DNA of 64,000 bases from Lama glama. Lineage: Eukaryota. The notes under the pieces are model-generated. The model saw only the letters and a list, made by a program, of their open reading frames with translations, was not told the origin of the DNA and ran no database searches. The number at the start of each line of letters is the position of its first letter. Positions within the stretch are counted from its first letter, which is position 1. Below are positions 57,157 to 64,000 of the stretch, in pieces. A program made the translations under genes and the position numbers. The stretch is taken from positions 67,642,001-67,706,000 of the forward strand of contig CM052841.1 of assembly GCA_028534125.1 (NCBI GenBank). Direction: 5' to 3'.

Positions 57157-59669
57157 CCTCCGTGGCCGCCCGCCTTGGGCTCCCGCAGCCTGGAGCGCTC
57201 ATTCGGTTCTGGAAGGAAGACCTCGAGGCACCTGGTAGGGCTGTCTCAGACCTTCAGCCTCCATCAATCTGCTTTTAATGATAAAGTGACATTGAACTAC
57301 ACCCAGTCTCTGCCTCATTAAATTGAAATTAAGTTGCTCACGGAGACGTTTAAGGTCGACTGAGTTCTTGGCAGCTGCAGGGCCGTGGACACTGGGCTAG
57401 GCCGAGAGGTCCAGTCCGGTGCCTTTGACCCTCAGTTTGTAGCCTGAGCACTGCCTGCCCTTCCCCGACGCCCTCCGGATCTTCGGGGGGGACACGGGCC
57501 AGCCGCGACTCTCCGAGCAGCTCTGATGCCGACCCGGGCACAGGGGTGCGACCATTTATCACCCAATTAACAGTGTCAGCAGAGCCGTTATTTAAATGAC
57601 CAGCCGCATGTGTAATCCATCTTTGATGAAACCATAATTGTGCTTCCCAGTCGATGAGCGCCCAGGCTCTCCTAAAACCTTCTTGGTATGAGTAATACAT
57701 GGCGGTGGTCCCCCCAGGGCCGCGTGTCGGTGGGACAGGAACAGCACAGCTCGGGCCGGGGAGGAGGGGCCCGTGAGCCGTGCCAGGGCCTGCCCGCCCA
57801 GCCCCGCGTCGTCGCAAGGGGCTAACGCCCCCCAGACAGACGTCCAGCCTCAGGAACGTGCGGCCACCTGGGCGAAGCGGGGAGGCACAGGGGCTGGACA
57901 TCGGTGGGCTTGGGTGTCGGGTTCCAGCTGCATCTTTCCTCCCCGTGCAGCCCCCCCGGCCCGAGCCCCCCACCTGGGCTCCGCAGGAGGGAGGAAAGGA
58001 CGGCATTCTCCCTGGACACCAGCAGCCCCGCCCCAGGCAGAGTCAGTCCTCCCCGTGCAAAGGTCCTGGGCCCCCCTGGGGATAAAGCTCAGCTCCAGAG
58101 CAAAGGGTGGGCCTGGCGGGCCCTGGGGGGCGTCCAGAGGCCCTTTTTATGCTCCTTGGGAGGGAGGGCTGTCCTGGGACACTTTCCTGATCTTGGTCAA
58201 CTCAGGGGCATGGCCAGGGGACAGGCACCCCGATGGCTGTGATTGTCTTGGAGTCCCTGAAATCTCAGGGTTTCTTCTCTGCTCTGTTCGTCCTGCTGAG
58301 ACGTAAGGGGAGCAGGTGTGCAAAGTCCAGCCAGCGGCGCAGCATCACTTTCCACTGAGCGGCAGTCTCGCGCCTGCATCCTGCTCCGTGCGGTGGGGGC
58401 ACCGAGGGGCTCCTCCCACCCCAGCCCCCGCGCTCCTTATACGCATCAGCCCCCAGCACGTAAGGAGGCGCACCCACTGACCTCCTCATCCGGCTGTGAG
58501 CTTCCGGGGCTGGGGCGGGTGACGCCCAGGGCTGGAGGGCTCTGTGAACGCTTCGGGGACCAGACCCTTCGCAGGACCCTCCTGGCCAGAGGGCACCCAC
58601 GCGGCCTGCTGAATGGCTTCTCCAGCTGCGCCCCAGGTCTGAGAGATGACCTGGAGAAGCGAGAGGGTTTCGCGCATCCAACCCCAGCTTCATCTGTCCA
58701 GCCCCGTGCCCCAGGCCCGCGTCCCACTCAGCCGAGACCCTCACGTGGTTCCCCGCACACATGGGTCTTCGGTGGGCATTTGTTTGAGTTGCCACGTGAA
58801 GGCAGGCTTGGGGGCCCCGGGCTAACCCGAGCCCGGCTCTCAGCCCCTCCCCGGTCAGGCGCTACCCTCTCTAACCCCCGCGTTGCCCCCACCTTCCTGC
58901 CCCCATGGCCGGAGCGCCCCCTCCGCCGTCTGTCCGTCTCCCCCCATAGCCGCCACCACCACCGGCTGTGCAGTATGATGCGACCGTGCGTGTGAGCCCA
59001 GCACACCCTCCACCGCGTCCCAGACTCCCATCACCTGGTGTCTCCCTGATTCTCACGCGCGTGCTTCCCCTCCCCCACGGGAGGATTCCGCTCGTCTCGT
59101 TGTTCTTACGCCTGAGCCCCCGGCAGGGGCTCGGCGGCGCGCACCAGCTGAGTCAGTTCTGCCACTGTTGACGGTGGGAGCGAAGGGGCTGCAGGTCCAG
59201 GCCGCGGGAGCAGCCCCTCCCCACCCGGGGCACCGGGGCTGGTGGGGTGGGGGTGCCCTGGTGCCCCGCCTCCTCCCCTGCCCCCGCCCTCTGGCCGGGC
59301 CGCTCCTCGCTTCCCACCGGGTGAATCCGGCGGCCGCTTGAACCCAGCGCTCTTCTCTCTGCCTGAGTCTGCAGGTGAACTGCTTGTAACTCACGCTCTA
59401 AAAACGCACATGTCATGAGTATCCCGTTGACTCGATCACGTCTGCTTGGACGCCGTCAGCTCCTATAACCCTAGGGGTCACAACTGAAAGCAAATAGCTG
59501 ATGGTGGGGTTCACGTAATGTCTGTCTCGCCCCGAGGGCAGCCGCCTGTCTGTCCGGTCACTGCTCCGCCCTCCTTGTCCGGCCACCGCCTGGCAGACTT
59601 ACTCTCAGTGAATAAACACTCGCTGAGTGTGTGCCTCTAGCACAACCTCCTCTCGGCAGGAGCGATGCG

Positions 59670-61730
59670 ACCAGCCCAGACGGAGCAACGGGCCAGACCC
59701 CTCCCCCTCCTGAAACAGCTGAAAGAAAAACAAAAAACGAGAACATTGGGCAAAATACACCAAGCAACGATTCCTAAGAGTTCAGGCGTCAGACAAGATA
59801 AGAACGCACCCCGAAAGGCGTGGGGCAAAGGAGGAGAGCCCGGGCTGTTCCAGCGCGCGCCCCCGGAGAGCGGCCAGGTTGTAGTCGGGACGGAGCCCAG
59901 GAGGCCCCGACGCAAAGGGATGTCCGAGTGGAGGAAGTGGAGCTGGCGCTCGGGGGGCTGCGGCAGCCGGAGCTTGCCGGAGAGAGCTGCGGAGAGCCCA
60001 GAAGTCAGCAGAGGGGCCACACGTCTTCGGCCAACCATCACACTGAGGCCGGGGCAGGTCCGCCCAAAAGGGTTCCAGGGAACAGTCCTGGGGACTCACG
60101 GCGCCTGTTCCCACAGCCAGAGTGTACGCCGCCCCACGTCATCGGCGCCCAGTGGCGTCCTCGAAAGAGCGCCGAGCAGGAGCCGCAGCCCAGACGCCGC
60201 TCAGCTCCCACCCGAGGAAGCTACCCAAGAGGACAGGCGTTCCCGGAGAAAGCTCGCGGGTACGGACGGGGTTACCCACAGTCCCGAGTGTTAGCAAGGC
60301 AAAGCGCGTGACATCCCGCCTCTAACCAAACTCCCCGGCGCCCAGAGGGCGAGAAGGTGCAGCCCGCGCTGAGGAGGGAGATCGAGCGACTGAGAGCGAG
60401 CCACAAATGGCACAGACGACAGAGTGGGTGGATGAGGACTGAGCAGGCTAATTGATCGCCGTAGATTCAAGATGTTGCAGGAAGAATAAACGCAGCAAGT
60501 AGAGACACGGAGGATACAGGAGGAGCCAAATCAAACTTCCGGACGTGGAGCCACGACGTCTGAGACGAAACACACACGGACAGAACTGACAGCAAGGCTG
60601 ACGCTGAAGAATAAGTTTGCTGAAACCTANNNNNNNNNNNNNNNNNNNNNNNNNNNNNNNNNNNNNNNNNNNNNNNNNNNNNNNNNNNNNNNNNNNNNNN
60701 NNNNNNNNNNNNNNNNNNNNNNNNNNNNNNNNNNNNNNNNNNNNNNNNNNNNNNNNNNNNNNNNNNNNNNNNNNNNNNNNNNNNNNNNNNNNNNNNNNNN
60801 NNNNNNNNNNNNNNNNNNNNNNNNNNNNNNNNNNNNNNNNNNNNNNNNNNNNNNNNNNNNNNNNNNNNNNNNNNNNNNNNNNNNNNNNNNNNNNNNNNNN
60901 NNNNNNNNNNNNNNNNNNNNNNNNNNNNNNNNNNNNNNNNNNNNNNNNNNNNNNNNNNNNNNNNNNNNNNNNNNNNNNNNNNNNNNNNNNNNNNNNNNNN
61001 NNNNNNNNNNNNNNNNNNNNNNNNNNNNNNNNNNNNNNNNNNNNNNNNNNNNNNNNNNNNNNNNNNNNNNNNNNNNNNNNNNNNNNNNNNNNNNNNNNNN
61101 NNNNNNNNNNNNNNNNNNNNNNNNNNNNNGATGAGGACTGAGCAGGCTAATTGATCGCCGTAGATTCAAGATGTTGCAGGAAGAATAAACGCAGCAAGTA
61201 GAGACACGGAGGATACAGGAGGAGCCAAATCAAACTTCCGGACGTGGAGCCACGACGTCTGAGACGAAACACACACGGACAGAACTGACAGCAAGGCTGA
61301 CGCTGAAGAATAAGTTTGCTGAAACCTAAGACAGAGAGACAGAAACTTCACAAAATAAACCACAGAAAAGGAAAAAGGCCGGAAAAATAAGTGAGGGCAT
61401 GAGAGAACGGTGGGGCCGCTTCAAGCACCCTGACAAACATGGAACTGGAGTCCCTAACGGAGGGAGAGGACGCTCAGGGAGAAATATGGGAAGACATAAA
61501 AACAAACATTTTCTAAATTTGATAGAAACCGCGAATCCACAGCTCCAAGGCCCTCGGTGGGTTTCAAGCACAGGAAACCGCAAGCACGACGACGCCAAGG
61601 CTGAAAGCGACCCGGTTCCTCACGCCTGTGACCCAGAGGACGTCTTACAGGCAGTCAGCGCAAGAAGGGCACGCTACGCGCAAGAAGACAGAGAGGGGTG
61701 CCAGGCCCTCCGTGAAACAACGGAGCTGAT
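59670..61730 (+). mobile_element. Ancient L1M 5'UTR plus ORF1 remnant
   Basis: 59670-59880 resembles an L1M 5' end (cctgaaacagctgaaag...gggcaaaatacac). ORF 61399-61758 (RERWGRFKHPDKHGTGVP...FLNLIETANPQLQ) is a degenerate match to L1 ORF1p (ELWDxxKRPNIxxIGVPE...FPNLMKxINPQIQ). Confidence 0.7.
60630..61129. other. Assembly gap (500 N) flanked by an identical 199-bp overlap
   Basis: 60431-60629 is repeated exactly at 61130-61328. Confidence 0.97.
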
Positions 61731-64000
61731 GCAGAGCGGAGTGTTATTCTGCCCCTGATGGCAGAGGTTCCAAAACACAAGCGGAGGCTGGTGGAGCTGG
61801 AGGGAGCTGGTGGCTGGAGGCCGGGTGCTGACGGGCCCCCGAAGCTGGACAGCCGGGCCGTCCGGAAGGGCGTCCGAGGGGCGCACCTCCGGGTCCAGCA
61901 CTGGGCCGCGGGGTTCTTTGAATTCGCCTTGACTGGGGACAGAGGGCCTCTGGCCGTTCGTCCTGGGGTTGAGCCAGGGCGAGACGGGGTGAGGGAGCAG
62001 GAAGGCTGGGCTTCCCTGCTGCGTGCTGACGCCTGCTTCCAGCTCTCGGTGTGCTGGGTTTTGAAGCGTGAGCCCACCCAGATCTGCTCGGGTCCTAGAC
62101 CCCTGAAGGCCGTGTGCTCAGTGGGCGCGTGTGCAAGACGGGTTACCCACTGGGATGTCACAGGTTGGGAAAGGAGCCCCGAACTGGACATTCCACAAGA
62201 AGACGGTCGCTGCACTGCAGGCTGTTGTGATGGTTCAGCAAGACCGTGTGCATGAAGTGTCCACCGCAGTGGACGCTTGTGTAAGCGCCAGCAAGACCTC
62301 ACTTCACCTCTCTCTTCCGTTCATTTACTCTGCAAACGTCCTGCTGGGCGCTGGTAGGCGTGAAGTCCCCTCCACGCCGCGTCACAGCCTAGACAGCTCT
62401 GCTCTTCAAGGTAACCCTGGGGATCGCTCGTGCCCTTTGGCACCAACCACTGCCACGTGGGACGTGATTCCCGCCGCCATCTGGGGCCAAAGTGCTCTCC
62501 TGGGACTGCCACGTGGGGACCAGGAATTTTCCTTTCTGAGCCCTGCTGGCCGGTGGCTTACCCCGCCAAAGCACAGGTGCCGAGCGTCTTCAGTTCCCCG
62601 ACCACATGGTGAGGTCAGAGTCTCAGGAAGGTCCCATCTGATGCCAATAGTTTGTAACACTGAGGTTTTCCCAAGGGTGTTAAATTGCTTGCACAGAGAA
62701 ACACAACTCTTCCACATAAAGGAGCCCGGACGCGGAGGGGAGGAAGGTCCAGGGGCTGGCCCGTCCCAACCGGCTGGCGTATGGGTGAGGCCGGCTGGAA
62801 ACATCCGGCACCATCAACTGCCAGATGTCTGAGCTGCGCGCGCCGCCCAGATGAGGCCAGGCCAGGCGGCGGAGTCACAGAGTCGCGAGCAAGTTAAACG
62901 GGGCCGATTCAAAGCCCGGCGGGAAGCCGCCTCTCCCAGGAGGTCCTGAGACAGCCCCCACGCCCTCGTCCCCCTCTCTCTGCGCCCCTCTGCCTCCTAA
63001 CAACCAGGCTGCGAGTAATCCCGGGCTGGGGATTTACGCCGAGCGGGAACTCAGGCAGGAACGGCTCGCTCTCACTCATCTTCCTTCCGACTGACACAGA
63101 GATCGCAGGCACGAGAGGAAAGGGCTGCATAGCTTTTGTTATAGGAATTCAGGGGTCACCATCCTCAGTGGTGACCTGCAGTCACCACAGGGCCTTTGCA
63201 CGTGAGGTCAGCGTGGAAGGAATCGGACCGTGCCGTGGGAAGCAGGCGGTCCCTTGTGTTCTGCTTCTAGCTTCCTTGGCGTGCGGGGCCCCGGCTCATA
63301 TTCCTCCTGCTGTCAATACCAATTATTCTGGGACTTTGCTTCCACAATGGCGTTTCAACATCTTAATCAAATTATGCCGGGAGAGCTTCAGTGAAAACAG
63401 CCCTTGCTGGCAGAGCAATTGCAAAATGTTAGGAAAGAAATGACAGAGTAAGGCTCCCAGGAAAAGAACGAGACGACCTCAGGCAGAGGCCTTAGAGCAG
63501 GCGAGTCTCTGGAGGGTCCCAGCTTTCTCTGCTGGGGGAGAGGCGTCAGCCCCTGACCTGCGAAGTCGCAGGCGAGCGGAGATGGGAGGCGGGGAAGGGG
63601 TTGAGGTGCACACGGGCCAGCGGGCAGGGAGGCTGTCACGCATCTGTCTCTCCCTCCGTCGCCGCCCGGGCAGCTCTGGGCGGCCTGGGCAGCAGGAACC
63701 TTGCCCTTCCCTGCAAGTGCCCGTGAGCTGCTGTGGGTGCCACCCTCGGGCTCTGTCCACCATCCACCCCCCGGCCCCCGCCCAAGCCCGGAATACTGAC
63801 AGTCGACGGGGATGGGCAGTGAGGCTCCCTGTTGGCCTCACAGTCCAGGCCGACTGCACACGAGATAAAGCCACAGCGTCTCAGCACGGAAACGTGGGTT
63901 TTCTGTGATTTGGCCCCAATCTGGTTTCAGCCCCACGGAGTCACGAGCTGGCTGAGATGGTTGAGCCCTGACCCCCTGGGGTGGGACTGCTGGCCTCCTG

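Overview
This is GC- and CpG-rich mammalian genomic DNA. A Vic-1-like tRNA-Ala-derived SINE and cetartiodactyl-type L1/LTR elements, with no recognisable Alu, Bov-tA or PRE-1, point to a camelid (inference). The only intact coding sequence I can support is the last coding exon of COL5A1 (1171-1317, +), followed by its ~2.4 kb 3'UTR with miR-29 seed sites and poly(A) signals. About 9 kb downstream, where ficolin genes follow COL5A1 in other mammals, lies a heavily disabled, unprocessed ficolin (FCN1/FCN2-type) pseudogene (12660-14790, +). It has at least five frameshifts, two degraded splice donors, a truncated exon, a premature stop and a 3x39-bp tandem triplication across the ligand-binding motif. 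I found no intact ficolin exon elsewhere in the window, although a gap of unknown true size (18960-19459) could hide sequence. The remaining ~49 kb is intergenic: old L1/L2/CR1/MIR/MER20/MaLR fragments with strong AT-to-GC erosion, three MER41-like ERV1 LTRs (two apparently homogenised across 41 kb), local duplications and several AT-rich enhancer-like islands. A second gap (60630-61129) looks like an assembly artefact. Nearly all ORFs in the supplied track are by-products of high GC content. I see no evidence for a novel multi-gene system; the most notable biology is the ficolin gene decay and the signs of gene conversion. Repeat-family and orthologue assignments rest on recalled consensus sequences, not database searches.
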